Assembly: GCA_964465175.1 (NCBI GenBank)
Contig: CAYXJI010000003.1
Span: forward strand, 1 to 33,988
Reading direction: 5' to 3'
DNA length: 33,988 nucleotides
Source: an uncultured Burkholderiaceae bacterium
GTDB taxonomy: Bacteria > Pseudomonadota > Gammaproteobacteria > Burkholderiales > Burkholderiaceae_D
The stretch's first letter is position 1, and every line of letters starts with the position of its first letter. This document shows, piece by piece, positions 1 to 8,965 of the stretch. Below the pieces are notes generated by a model. The model saw nothing but the letters and a program-made list of their open reading frames with translations. It made no database searches and was not told where the DNA came from. The position numbers and the translations under genes were made by a program.

Positions 1-911
1 TGTAATACACCACGTTTACCGCCTAAATGTAGCGCACCAATGGAGACGAAAAATGTTGGCTCTTTGCCCAATGCGCTGGCAATTTTATTTATCATCCCTG
101 CATTTCTTGAAGAGACGATTGTATCCAAATGTTCTTTGGCAATGGGGCGATTTTCGCTAAATTTCTCCATCATCGACACTAAAAGATCTGGTTCACCTAG
201 GCGCGTGAGTTCTAGTGTGCACAATCCCATCTGTTGTCTTTCCTTAAGGCATGTTACGCACCGCAATTCCTTTAAAGACTCTGTTGCCGATAAATTGATT
301 CGGTCGGTCGTAGTCGTCGCGGCGATTGGAAGCCAGTGTTCTTGAGTGGTTTCGAGTCCACCAACTTTGAGACCATGCTGAATCACAAGTAATAGAAGTT
401 GATGATCTAGTGGTTTAGATTGGTGTAGTTCTGGCGGGTCTGGTTGTAGAAGATCTTGAATTAATTTATTTGGTTGTAAACTCTCAGCAAAAGCTCTTTC
501 TGTTGGCGATAATTTCAATGTGTCTAGGTGCTCGCTTAATATCCTATAGTTTTCAGCATTTAAAACGGTTTTTAAATTTTGAATCCTTTTTTCTGGAAAA
601 ATTGTGTCGGTCTCTTGTTTGCTTTTCTTCTCATCATCGGGATACCATTCAATGTAGTATTTTTTTGACTTTAGCAACGCTACCTCAATTGGCTTAGGTA
701 AGCTTTTTATCGGGCCATAGCCTACGTGCATACTTCCAAAAACATACGCCAAAAGGTCGTTGTTTCTTTTTACGGAAAATAGCATGCCTGTGGTTTCTTT
801 CCCCTTATACAGATCAATATCGCATAGCGCGTGTGCTTTTGAGTCTGAGTTGACTAGCATAAGGAGGAGGTATAGGGAGCTGGCGTAGAGAAATTTTTGA
901 ATTGAATTCAT
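1..911 (-). CDS. Secreted TraB/GumN (Tiki-like) family protein, 3' end beyond the window edge
   Basis: Hand translation gives an open frame from ATG at 911 to base 1: MNSIQKFLYASSLYLLLMLV (signal-like)...AYVFGSMHVG...GLKVGGLETTQEH...SRNAGMINKI...FVSIGALHLGGKRGVL. These match the TraB/GumN motifs FGT/SxH, GLET, RN and GxxHLxG. Not in the ORF track because its stop lies outside the window. Confidence 0.88.
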   Translation of the reverse strand, partial: MNSIQKFLYASSLYLLLMLVNSDSKAHALCDIDLYKGKETTGMLFSVKRNNDLLAYVFGSMHVGYGPIKSLPKPIEVALLKSKKYYIEWYPDDEKKSKQETDTIFPEKRIQNLKTVLNAENYRILSEHLDTLKLSPTERAFAESLQPNKLIQDLLQPDPPELHQSKPLDHQLLLLVIQHGLKVGGLETTQEHWLPIAATTTTDRINLSATESLKELRCVTCLKERQQMGLCTLELTRLGEPDLLVSMMEKFSENRPIAKEHLDTIVSSRNAGMINKIASALGKEPTFFVSIGALHLGGKRGVL

Positions 912-1075
912 TTTAGTGTATGGATCTTTTTGATCATTTTGTGGTTTTCATTTCTAGGTTCGAGATGAGAGTTTTTTGAAATATGTCGCATTTAAAAAAG
1001 GACTTTTTTTGTAATTTGTCTTGAAAAATATTTGCCATTGTATAGTTATTTTTTCAAGAATTGGGTGACAAGAAT

Positions 1076-1286
1076 GGGGTCAAGCCTTACATTCAACAAT
1101 CACTCAATCAACACCACGTTCTTTCTGTTTCACAGCCCGACTAACCGTCGCGTAACTTACCCCAAAATGGCTACCTACTTGCTCAAGTGTGTAGTGTCCA
1201 CTTAAGTATGCTAGTGCCATATTTTCGTTTAGCGTGTTTCCGATGGCAGAGTCAAGTCTTGAAGGCCTGTATGCCCAATTCATCAA
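1076..1286 (-). pseudogene. C-terminal HTH remnant of a Y1 (HUH) RAYT/IS200-like transposase with adjacent GGGGTCA end motif
   Basis: ORF 1104..1286 reads AYLSGHYTLEQVGSHFGVSYATVSRAV, the typical C-terminal HTH tail of long RAYT-like Y1 transposases. There is no HUH/Tyr catalytic domain upstream. On the minus strand it is followed by TGTAAGGCTTGACCCC. Confidence 0.6.
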
Positions 1287-1345
1287 TCCAGCGATCGCCT
1301 CCTTCTGCCGCTAAACTCAAACCTTCTCTAAAACACCCACCAAAT

Positions 1346-1819
1346 CTACAAACCCAGCGCACTCAAATTAGGATGATCATCTGGTCGTCTCCCTTGCGGC
1401 CAATGGAATAGGCGTTCGTCTTCGCGAATGGCGAGATCATTGATGCTGGCATAGCGTTTCTGCATTAAGCCATTGTCGGCGAATTCCCAATTCTCATTCC
1501 CATAAGATCGATAGCATAGTCCAACGGCGTCGCGCCACTCATAGGCAAATCGAACCGCGATGCGGTGGGTATCGTGTGCCCATAGTTCTTTGATCAAACG
1601 ATACTCGTGTTCACGTTGCCATTTGCGCTGTAAGAATTCGACGATTTGGGCGCGCCCGACCGGGAACTCATGGCGATTACGCCATTGACTGTCTTCGGTG
1701 TAGGCCAGCGCTATTCGCTGCGGGTCGCGGGAGTTCCAAGCATCTTCGGCTAGGCGTACTTTTTGGATTGCACTGCCTTGGGTGAAGGGCGGCAACGGGG
1801 GTTTTGTTTGGGTTGTCAT
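1346..1819 (-). CDS. DUF1348 / SnoaL-like (NTF2 family) protein
   Basis: Characteristic PPLPPFT...[14 protein letters not shown]...WRNR...YRLIKELW...[10 protein letters not shown]...RYASIND...LSALGL. Confidence 0.9.
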   Translation of the reverse strand: MTTQTKPPLPPFTQGSAIQKVRLAEDAWNSRDPQRIALAYTEDSQWRNRHEFPVGRAQIVEFLQRKWQREHEYRLIKELWAHDTHRIAVRFAYEWRDAVGLCYRSYGNENWEFADNGLMQKRYASINDLAIREDERLFHWPQGRRPDDHPNLSALGL

Positions 1820-1843
1820 GCTATGTTCTCTTTATCGTTGTGT

Positions 1844-3463
1844 TTATAAGTCCAGCGTGATCGAATCCGACTGTGCACGTGAGACGCACACGCACATCAA
1901 GGCCTGGGTTTGTCTTTGTTTGGGATTGAGCGCATGGTCGCGATGTTCGACTTCTCCGGCTAAAACCTTGACGGCACAAGTACCGCAATTGCCGACACCG
2001 CAATCGGACAAAGTATCAACCCCAGCGTGAGTTAATGCTTGCAATACGGTTTGGGTGGCGAGGATGGGAATGACTTTGTTCGACTTTGCCAATACCACGC
2101 TAAAGGCACGGTTAGTCGATGTGGTGGCGGGCGAAAAATGTTCGCAGTGCAGGCGTGCTTCTGCAAAACCTAGGCTTCGCGCCTCCGCCATCACCGCATC
2201 AATCAAGCGTGCCGGTCCGCACACATAGATGTCGGTTTCGAGTGCAGTTTGTTGCAATAACGCGTTGATCGCTAGGCGTTGACTTTGATCCGAAAAATAG
2301 CATTGCAAACGTGCCCCAAGATCACGGCGCAGGCGGTCGCCAAAGGCCATGTCGCGCTCGGAAGCTGCCGCGTAGTGCATAGTAAATGGACGGCCTTGCT
2401 CGATCAGGCTTTGTGCCATCGGTTTGATCGCGGTAATGCCGATGCCGCCAGCGATTAACAAGCTGTCTCTACTTCGGCTAGCGAGCGCAAAATCGTTCTT
2501 TGCAAACTCGCATCGTAGCTCGGTTCCCAGTTGATAGTGTTGATGTATAAAAGTAGAACCGCCACTGCCTTGCTCCTCGTGTAGTACCGCGATTTCATAG
2601 ATATCACGTCGACTCGGATTGGAGGCGATTGAATAGTGGCGCACGCCGGTTTGACCATTATTCAAGAACACAGGCAGAAGCAAATGCGCACCGGCCTCGA
2701 CCTGCGGTAAATCCGCGCCCTGAGGATCGCGCAATTCGATCGCGCGTATCTTAGGCGTCAGTTGGCGCACGCCGCTTACGACCAAGGCTAAAGGGCCGCT
2801 GCCAAGGCATTGTGCTGTTGACGCTTTTGGCACCTTGCTTAGATTTGACGCGCCTTGCTGTTGCCTAAGTTCCTTAAGTTGCTTGAGTTGCGCTATCTCC
2901 GCTTGCATCGGTGCGATGAGTGTCTCGATGTCGGCGTCGGTGTAACGGGGCGTAATGTGTTGGGGACAATTCCAATCCCATGCCTCCACGGTGATGACAA
3001 AGGCACGCTCGATGCGCGCGCGATAGGCGGGCATCTCCAATTGGGCGATTAATTCTGGCGCGTCTATTTCGTGCACGATCTTGACGCGCCCCCAGATTTT
3101 GAGTCGTCTTTGTTCGCGATAATCCATCAATATCATGGCGATTCTGTCATTGGCTTGCAGATTGCCTACGCTTAAATATTGACGATTACCACTAAAGTCA
3201 GCGAAGCCTAGGGTGTTTTGATCCAGCACTTTGAGAAAGCCTTGTGGGCCGCCCCGATGTTGCACATAAGGCCAACCATCTTCGTTCACTGTGGCTTGAT
3301 AAAAGCTGTCACGCGCCTCAATAAAATCGGCCTCGCGCTGCGTGAACTCGCTACGTGTATCTTCAGCGAGTTCAAAGCCAAGATTGGCCTCGCGGCTAGC
3401 GTAACGCGTTTGCGCGGCTTTCACGCTAGGGGTAAAACTGATGGCGGCAAAGGCGCGTGGCAT
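1844..3463 (-). CDS. Pyridoxamine 5'-phosphate oxidase-like FMN-binding domain fused to a PDR/VanB-type ferredoxin reductase (FAD/NAD-binding plus 2Fe-2S)
   Basis: N-terminal DSFYQAT..GWPYVQHRGG..ADFSGNRQY..WDWNCPQHITPRY; central RHYSI, GGGS, AGGIGIT, YVCGP; C-terminal CGVGNCGTC...CVC 2Fe-2S motif. ATG at 3463 preferred over the upstream TTG. Confidence 0.88.
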   Translation of the reverse strand: MPRAFAAISFTPSVKAAQTRYASREANLGFELAEDTRSEFTQREADFIEARDSFYQATVNEDGWPYVQHRGGPQGFLKVLDQNTLGFADFSGNRQYLSVGNLQANDRIAMILMDYREQRRLKIWGRVKIVHEIDAPELIAQLEMPAYRARIERAFVITVEAWDWNCPQHITPRYTDADIETLIAPMQAEIAQLKQLKELRQQQGASNLSKVPKASTAQCLGSGPLALVVSGVRQLTPKIRAIELRDPQGADLPQVEAGAHLLLPVFLNNGQTGVRHYSIASNPSRRDIYEIAVLHEEQGSGGSTFIHQHYQLGTELRCEFAKNDFALASRSRDSLLIAGGIGITAIKPMAQSLIEQGRPFTMHYAAASERDMAFGDRLRRDLGARLQCYFSDQSQRLAINALLQQTALETDIYVCGPARLIDAVMAEARSLGFAEARLHCEHFSPATTSTNRAFSVVLAKSNKVIPILATQTVLQALTHAGVDTLSDCGVGNCGTCAVKVLAGEVEHRDHALNPKQRQTQALMCVCVSRAQSDSITLDL

Positions 3464-3565
3464 AATTTTTCTCCGAATAAAGAGGTGACGCAAATAGGTG
3501 CTGCTTAGGTGCTCGATAGTTTGGCGGCGCTAGTTACACCTGCCTTATTTTCAGGTTGAAGGTGC

Positions 3566-4015
3566 CTACTTCCAATAATGATCAAGCTGTAAGCGATTAC
3601 CAGGCAAGCTAGCGATCACCAGCAACATTAATCCCCATTCCGCATGATCTTGTAGCGCTGCTGGCATCTCTTGTAACACGTGATAATAGGCAAGGACTGC
3701 GAGTACATTCACGGCACTGAGTCCGACCGCCGCAATAGTTCTGAACATGCCCAATACTAATAAAACGGGCAGTAGTAATTCAGCGCCAGTCGCCAAATAC
3801 GCAGCGAGCTCTGGCGAAAAAAAGGGCACGTGATACTCGTCGGTGAACAGAGAAACCGTCATCTCCCAATCACGCAACTTAGTGAGGCCAGACATCAAAA
3901 AAATCTTCGCGATATACACGCGCATCAATAAATCCATCAACGGCAATAAGTATTGAGCGCGTTGCTGCAATTGCTGTAGCGACTTCATCGTTGATAATTT
4001 TAGCGGAAGGTTCAT
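3566..4015 (-). CDS. DoxX family membrane protein
   Basis: RVYIAKIFLMSGLTKL..W..T..LF..EY.VP...PELAA..AT..ELLLPVLL; AAGGAG RBS upstream. Confidence 0.88.
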   Translation of the reverse strand: MNLPLKLSTMKSLQQLQQRAQYLLPLMDLLMRVYIAKIFLMSGLTKLRDWEMTVSLFTDEYHVPFFSPELAAYLATGAELLLPVLLVLGMFRTIAAVGLSAVNVLAVLAYYHVLQEMPAALQDHAEWGLMLLVIASLPGNRLQLDHYWK

Positions 4016-4075
4016 AGCGATAATCTCCTTAATTTTTGTTTAAATGTAGATGGCCGGTCAAACTCCGTCTGCGTC

Positions 4076-4333
4076 CTATGCAGGTAGGAATAATTGGTCC
4101 AAGCGTCCAGATTGATCGAGCTGATGTAAGTCAGTAAATCCACCCACGTAAATGTCGCCTATAAAAATTTGCGGAACCGTACGACGACCGGTGCGTGCAA
4201 TCATGTTTTCCAGCTCGTGCGGTAATTGATCAATCAAAATTTTATTCACCTGCTTACCTTTGCTTGACAATAAGGCTTGTGCTTGCTCGCAATAAGGACA
4301 AGTTGTGGTGCTATACATGGTGATATTTGGCAT
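4076..4333 (-). CDS. grxC: Glutaredoxin 3 (dithiol CPYC)
   Basis: CPYC active site, TGRRTVPQIFIG and VGGFTDL; ATG at 4333 gives the typical ~85 aa length. Confidence 0.88.
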   Translation of the reverse strand: MPNITMYSTTTCPYCEQAQALLSSKGKQVNKILIDQLPHELENMIARTGRRTVPQIFIGDIYVGGFTDLHQLDQSGRLDQLFLPA

Positions 4334-4366
4334 GGTCTTCTTTCGGGTTGACATGGTTTGTGCTCG

Positions 4367-4408
4367 CACCTCGCGCGCCTTTTTAAAGAGATAAAAACAC
4401 GCGAGGTG
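4367..4408 (-). other. Intergenic stem-loop between the YHS gene and grxC
   Basis: CACCTCGCG (4367-4375) and CGCGAGGTG (4400-4408) form a perfect 9-bp inverted repeat that extends inward through T/A tracts. Confidence 0.55.
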
Positions 4409-4440
4409 ACATCAGCAAGAATTTAAAAACGGCTGAACAA

Positions 4441-4944
4441 TTACAGATCTTTTGGTGCTTTGTTTTTGATCTCAGGCCAAGCTTGTCCCGCTTTGACGAT
4501 ATGACCTGGAACGTCTTCTAACCATTTTTTCTGGATGTCTTTGTTGACGTTCAAATATAGTTTGCCGTCCACGATGCGCCAAGCTTGTGGGTCGCCGTCG
4601 AGTTTCTTTTCCAATACCACGCCCATGGCGCAGAAGCCGCCAAATTGGGGTGCATATTGGGCTGGATGCGCTTTGAATTTATCCAGATTCGCTTGTGAGA
4701 CGAAGCGATAGCTTGCGCCTTCGAAGCTATGAGTAAATGCGGCTTTGCCCAAGGTCGGTGCTTTTAGCGTGAAATAGGCAACTGGGTCATAGCCGTGTAG
4801 AGCCACGCCTTGGGTATCGACATTCACCGCTGCGGTGGAATTTTGATCTTGGGCTTGAGCGGTGATCGGTGTCGCTACGCTGACCGCGAATGCGGCTAGC
4901 AATGTGGAAGCGATGAGGGTACGACGTAAAGTAGCGTTCAACAT
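4441..4944 (-). CDS. Exported YHS-domain protein (Cys form)
   Basis: Signal peptide (RRTLIASTLLAAFAV..AQA), GYDPVAYF, FVSQANLDKF..HPAQYAPQFGGFCAMG, GDPQAWRIVDGKLYLN; ATG at 4944 with AAAGGA RBS. Confidence 0.88.
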   Translation of the reverse strand: MLNATLRRTLIASTLLAAFAVSVATPITAQAQDQNSTAAVNVDTQGVALHGYDPVAYFTLKAPTLGKAAFTHSFEGASYRFVSQANLDKFKAHPAQYAPQFGGFCAMGVVLEKKLDGDPQAWRIVDGKLYLNVNKDIQKKWLEDVPGHIVKAGQAWPEIKNKAPKDL

Positions 4945-5017
4945 GATAAATCCTTTAAAAAATAGAGTTTGATGAATGGGTGTAACAATCAAGAACTTGC
5001 GTTTAAGCTGCAATGAA

Positions 5018-5554
5018 TTAAGCCAAAGTGACTTTAGGAAAGTCGATTTCGACGCGGCTGGCTTTGCCTAAAATATTGGTCAAAATATTCAAGCCAACGT
5101 GGGTGATGATTTCGACGATATCGCTGTCTGTGAAGCCGGCATTGCGTGCTTCTATCAATTCTGCTGTCGCGATTTCACCTTGGTGTTCGACCAAAGAGCG
5201 CGCCAGTTTTACGGCGATGGCGGCTTTGGCATCTTGGCTGGTGCCAGCACGATTGGCGCTAATTTCATCATTGCTCAAACCGGCTTTTTTGCCCAAAGCG
5301 GTGTGTGCCGACAAGCAGTATTCGCAAGAATTTTGTTGTGCCAAGGCGAGCGCAATGCGTTCACGGGTTAATGGCGCTAAACTACCTTCGTGCGCCACGC
5401 CGTACAGGCCGAGGAAGGATTTCAAAGCGACGGGGGAATTCGCAAAAATTTTCAAAAAATTAGGCACTACGCCCAATTGCGCTTGGATCGCGTCGAATAG
5501 GGCTTGTTGTTCTTGGTTAGCGGTTTCTGTCGTGACGAGGTTAATGCGGCTCAT
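5018..5554 (-). CDS. AhpD/carboxymuconolactone decarboxylase-like peroxidase-related protein
   Basis: GVVPN, RERIALALAQQNSCEYCLSAH (E-x6..CxxCxxxH AhpD core), C-terminal EIDFP. Confidence 0.9.
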   Translation of the reverse strand: MSRINLVTTETANQEQQALFDAIQAQLGVVPNFLKIFANSPVALKSFLGLYGVAHEGSLAPLTRERIALALAQQNSCEYCLSAHTALGKKAGLSNDEISANRAGTSQDAKAAIAVKLARSLVEHQGEIATAELIEARNAGFTDSDIVEIITHVGLNILTNILGKASRVEIDFPKVTLA

Positions 5555-5689
5555 GGTTTTTCCTTTCGGTTGGGTTCAATGTCTGTGTGCTTGGCATCGA
5601 TCAACTGGTGCATCATTTGTGGGTGTTGAGCGAATGCATGCATTGTGCCTATCGCCGACTAAAAGAAGAATCCTCAAAAATTACAATAA

Positions 5690-5712
5690 ATTATTCCTAA
5701 ATATGGAATAAT
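5690..5712. promoter_or_regulatory. Putative LysR recognition site in the divergent promoter
   Basis: Perfect inverted repeat ATTATTCC-N7-GGAATAAT containing T-N11-A (T5695/A5707), 30 bp upstream of the LysR start. Confidence 0.75.
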
Positions 5713-5742
5713 GACTCGCTAAATCAGCAAAGAGGAAAACCC

Positions 5743-6642
5743 ATGGATAGATTTCATCAAATCAGCGTCTACGTTGCTGTCGCAGAGGACGAAAGCTTCG
5801 CTGGCGCCGCGCGCCGCTTGGGCATGTCGCCACCCGCCGTCACGCGCGCCGTGGCTGCTTTGGAGGAGAGCTTGGGCGTCAAATTACTCAATCGCACCAC
5901 GCGCTTTGTACGCCCCACCGATGCAGGGCAGCGCTATTTAGATGATGCGCGCCAAATTCTGGCGAAAGTCCAAGAAGCGGATGAAGCCGCCGCCGGCATC
6001 AACGCCGACCCGCGCGGCCATTTAACGATCACCGCGCCGGTACTCTTTGGCAAAATATTTGTGATGCCGCACGTGGTTGAATTTTTACAGCGCTATCCGG
6101 CTGTCGACGTCTCCGCCTTGTTTTTAGATCGCGTCGTCAATATGATGGAAGAAGGCGTCGATGTGGGCGTGCGCATTGGTGCGCTGCCCGATTCCAGTAT
6201 GCGTGCCTTACGCGTCGGCCAAGTACGCCGCGTTTTGTGCGCCTCGCCAGATTATCTTGAGCAACATGGTATCCCGCAAACGCCAGAAGATCTTAAACAA
6301 CATCACATCGTCGCCGCCAGTGGCGTCACGCCCTCGATAGAATGGAAATTTGGCGACACCGCGCACAGCACCGCAGTACGCATCAAACCGCGCTTGACCG
6401 TCACCAGCAATGACGGCGCAATTGCCGCCGTACGCAAAGGTGCAGGCATCACGCGTTTGATATCCTATCAAGTCGCGCACGAACTAGAGCGCGGCACGCT
6501 CAAAACCGTCTTGAGCGAGTATGAATCCACGCCCTTGCCTATCCACATCGTCCACAGAGAAGGCCGCGATGGCTCGGTCAAGGTACGCAGCTTCGTTGAT
6601 TTTATGGCGCAAGCATTGCGGAATCATTCGGCATTGCAGTGA
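5743..6642 (+). CDS. LysR-type transcriptional regulator (CrgA-like substrate-binding domain)
   Basis: SFAGAARRLGMSPPAVTRAVAALEESLGVKLLNRTTR HTH; DRVVNMMEEGVDVGVRIG; divergent from the redox cluster. Confidence 0.95.
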   Translation: MDRFHQISVYVAVAEDESFAGAARRLGMSPPAVTRAVAALEESLGVKLLNRTTRFVRPTDAGQRYLDDARQILAKVQEADEAAAGINADPRGHLTITAPVLFGKIFVMPHVVEFLQRYPAVDVSALFLDRVVNMMEEGVDVGVRIGALPDSSMRALRVGQVRRVLCASPDYLEQHGIPQTPEDLKQHHIVAASGVTPSIEWKFGDTAHSTAVRIKPRLTVTSNDGAIAAVRKGAGITRLISYQVAHELERGTLKTVLSEYESTPLPIHIVHREGRDGSVKVRSFVDFMAQALRNHSALQ

Positions 6643-6689
6643 GCCGCATCTACAATGACAAGCTCTCCAAACAGGGAAGCAGACGGAAA

Positions 6690-6854
6690 ATGTCTATCGG
6701 TGAAGTTGCACAAATCACGGACGCCAGTCCAAAAGCGATTCGTCGGTATGAGGAATTGGGGCTATTGGAGCGTGTCGCTAGACAGGGCTTAGTTCGCATC
6801 TATGGCGGGTCTCCATTAAGCCCTCTTCATTCCAGTAAACTCACAGCGCAATAG
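6690..6854 (+). pseudogene. Truncated MerR-family regulator (N-terminal HTH only)
   Basis: MSIGEVAQITDASPKAIRRYEELGLL..ARQG..RIY is a MerR HTH. The sequence then degenerates and stops after 54 aa, with no coiled-coil or effector domain. Confidence 0.7.
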
Positions 6855-6898
6855 GCCTATTTATGAGCACGCTATGAGCAAGCCGCAAGGCATCAAGA

Positions 6899-7624
6899 TC
6901 AAAGCTTGTTCGCAATATCGTGTATCACATTCGCCAATTCCAAGGGCCGCGAAAAATACGCAGAGTGACTGGCCTGCAAGCTATGTACCGATGCGCAGGG
7001 CGAGTTTTCTATCATGGTTTTTTGTAGCGCTAGTGTGACGGCTCTATCCTCGCTCAATTGAATATAGTGGCGCGGCACGCGGCCATAATTAGATGGACTT
7101 AAACGCAGGCGCGTTAACGCGGGCAATGAAGGTTCGGCGCTCAATAGGTTGCGGGCTAATTCGACATCGGCCTCATCGCAGTCAGCGTATAAGGTTTCGC
7201 GTTGTACGTGTTCTGGCAGGCTATCCGTCAAACTGCTGCGCTGGATCTGGATATGCTTTCTGACCAGTGAGCTTTTGTCTTTACGGAAGTAATCCGCAAC
7301 GCGCTCACCATTGCGCAACATATAGGCCGCAAGATACACGCAAGAATGAATTTTGTCAGGCCGCAATTCGGCGAGCTGAGACGCAATAATACCGCCGCGA
7401 CTATGCGCAACGATCATGGCTGGTTCGGATAATTGATCAAGCATGCGGCACAGCGGCCGCGTCATCGCGGTTAAACCTAGGCGACCCCGTACGAAACGCC
7501 AGTCGCGCCCATGTGCGGGCAAGTCGGGCACATGCAAAGTATGTCCCGCAGCGCGCAAATGCGGGAGGACTTTATACCAGCACCACGCACCGTGCCAACT
7601 ACCGTGTATGAGAATAATATGCAT
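6899..7624 (-). CDS. Alpha/beta-hydrolase, methylesterase (MES/SABP2)-like esterase
   Basis: LIHGSWHGAWCW, DLPAHG, nucleophile elbow AHSRGG, EDRAV (acid) and SHSAYFSRP (His). Confidence 0.88.
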   Translation of the reverse strand: MHIILIHGSWHGAWCWYKVLPHLRAAGHTLHVPDLPAHGRDWRFVRGRLGLTAMTRPLCRMLDQLSEPAMIVAHSRGGIIASQLAELRPDKIHSCVYLAAYMLRNGERVADYFRKDKSSLVRKHIQIQRSSLTDSLPEHVQRETLYADCDEADVELARNLLSAEPSLPALTRLRLSPSNYGRVPRHYIQLSEDRAVTLALQKTMIENSPCASVHSLQASHSAYFSRPLELANVIHDIANKL

Positions 7625-7819
7625 ACGATGATGTCCTTATGAAGTGGGTGAACGCATGAGTGAATTAGTCGCCCATCATCATAAGGACATGCTGCATTTA
7701 AATCTGGCTGAAATCGGCCATGTAATTTGCCAATTTTTTGCAACACATTGTGCATATTAATGCACCCTGCTTAAAGTAATCGGCTCGGTAGCGGTGAACC
7801 GAGGAATCTAGGATAATGG

Positions 7820-8965
7820 TTGACCATTTTGATGAATGAAAATATGACCGTGCCAGACCCATCGCCACAAGACAAGGGCGAACAACTCAAGCTAGATATG
7901 ACATCCAATTCCTACCTCATCAATCAACGCGATTATTGGTTGGCGCAGAGCGCTGGGTGGGGTGGTTTGGGTCTTATTTGGGCGTTCTCTTCGGGTGTCG
8001 AAGTTACAGAGTCTTTTGTACGGTTTGCGTTGGCGAAAGTATTCTGCATCACGACGGGCTTTTGTCTATCGCACTTGTGGCGTGGATTTTTAAAGCGACG
8101 TGCTTGGTTGGAAATCGGCGGGGTATTTCCGTTCAAAAATATTTTTCTGGGCCTGTTGTTGTTGAGCTTGATTCAGTGCTGCTTTCTACTGCTTTCTGAT
8201 GTGATTTTTCGCAACGCAGCCTTATTTGAAGACGGCAAGAAAGTCCTCGGCTTTGTCCTATTCCTCACCTTTTTATGGTTTGCAGTATTTTTGATCTGGA
8301 CTTTACTTTATGCGATGGCACAAGCGCAGCGCCGGGCGGTTCGCTTTGGTAATGAAAAACTCCAATTGCAAGTGAACGTGAAAGATGCCGAATTGCGCGC
8401 ATTGCAAGCGCAGATCAATCCCCACTTTTTCTTTAATAGCCTCAATACCATTCGTGCATTGGTGTATCAAGACCCCGATGCCGCCGCCAGCGCCATCGGT
8501 AAGCTTGCCGGCATGATGCGCCATAGTCTGCAAGCGGGGCAATCAGAGACCGTGCGTTTGGCCGATGAGATGCGCGCTGTTGAGGCTTATCTCAGCATGG
8601 AAAAGCTACGCTTTGAAGACCGCATGCAAGTGGATATTGAGTGCGAAGCAGGGATAGAAGATACGGCCTTGCCGCCGATGATGCTACAAACCTTGGTTGA
8701 AAATGCGGTCAAGCATGGTGTAGAACGTAGTCAAATTTTGTGTCAAATCAAGATCAGCGCTAACACTTCGCCTAGTGGTGATTCCACTGTATTGCGAGTG
8801 GCGAATCAAGGACAGCTCGGTTTGGCCAGCAATTCAACGCATATTGGTTTAGCCAACACCAGCAAACGTCTAGCACTGCTATATGGCGAGAAAGCGTCTT
8901 GTACCATGATAGAAGAAAACGGCTGGGTCGTTGCCCGTATTGTCTTACCGAGAAAGCTAGCATGA
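7820..8965 (+). CDS. LytS/YehU-family membrane sensor histidine kinase
   Basis: N-terminal TM helices, H-box AQINPHFFFNSLNTI, EKLRFEDR, N-box QTLVENAVKHG, IGLAN; exact start uncertain (7820, 7832 or later). Confidence 0.92.
   Translation: MTILMNENMTVPDPSPQDKGEQLKLDMTSNSYLINQRDYWLAQSAGWGGLGLIWAFSSGVEVTESFVRFALAKVFCITTGFCLSHLWRGFLKRRAWLEIGGVFPFKNIFLGLLLLSLIQCCFLLLSDVIFRNAALFEDGKKVLGFVLFLTFLWFAVFLIWTLLYAMAQAQRRAVRFGNEKLQLQVNVKDAELRALQAQINPHFFFNSLNTIRALVYQDPDAAASAIGKLAGMMRHSLQAGQSETVRLADEMRAVEAYLSMEKLRFEDRMQVDIECEAGIEDTALPPMMLQTLVENAVKHGVERSQILCQIKISANTSPSGDSTVLRVANQGQLGLASNSTHIGLANTSKRLALLYGEKASCTMIEENGWVVARIVLPRKLA

Noticed and set aside
40-697. Plus-strand ORFs 40..345 and 470..697
   Set aside because: Antisense shadows of the minus-strand TraB/GumN gene.
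4441-4944. Possible selenoprotein (YHS family)
   Set aside because: The conserved position is a normal TGC Cys codon and there is no in-frame TGA.
5028-5711. 227-aa plus-strand ORF
   Set aside because: Antisense to the well-supported AhpD-like gene, with no recognisable motifs. The same applies to 19487..20011, 23933..24508, 25441..25866, 33107..33568 and the other overlapping short ORFs.
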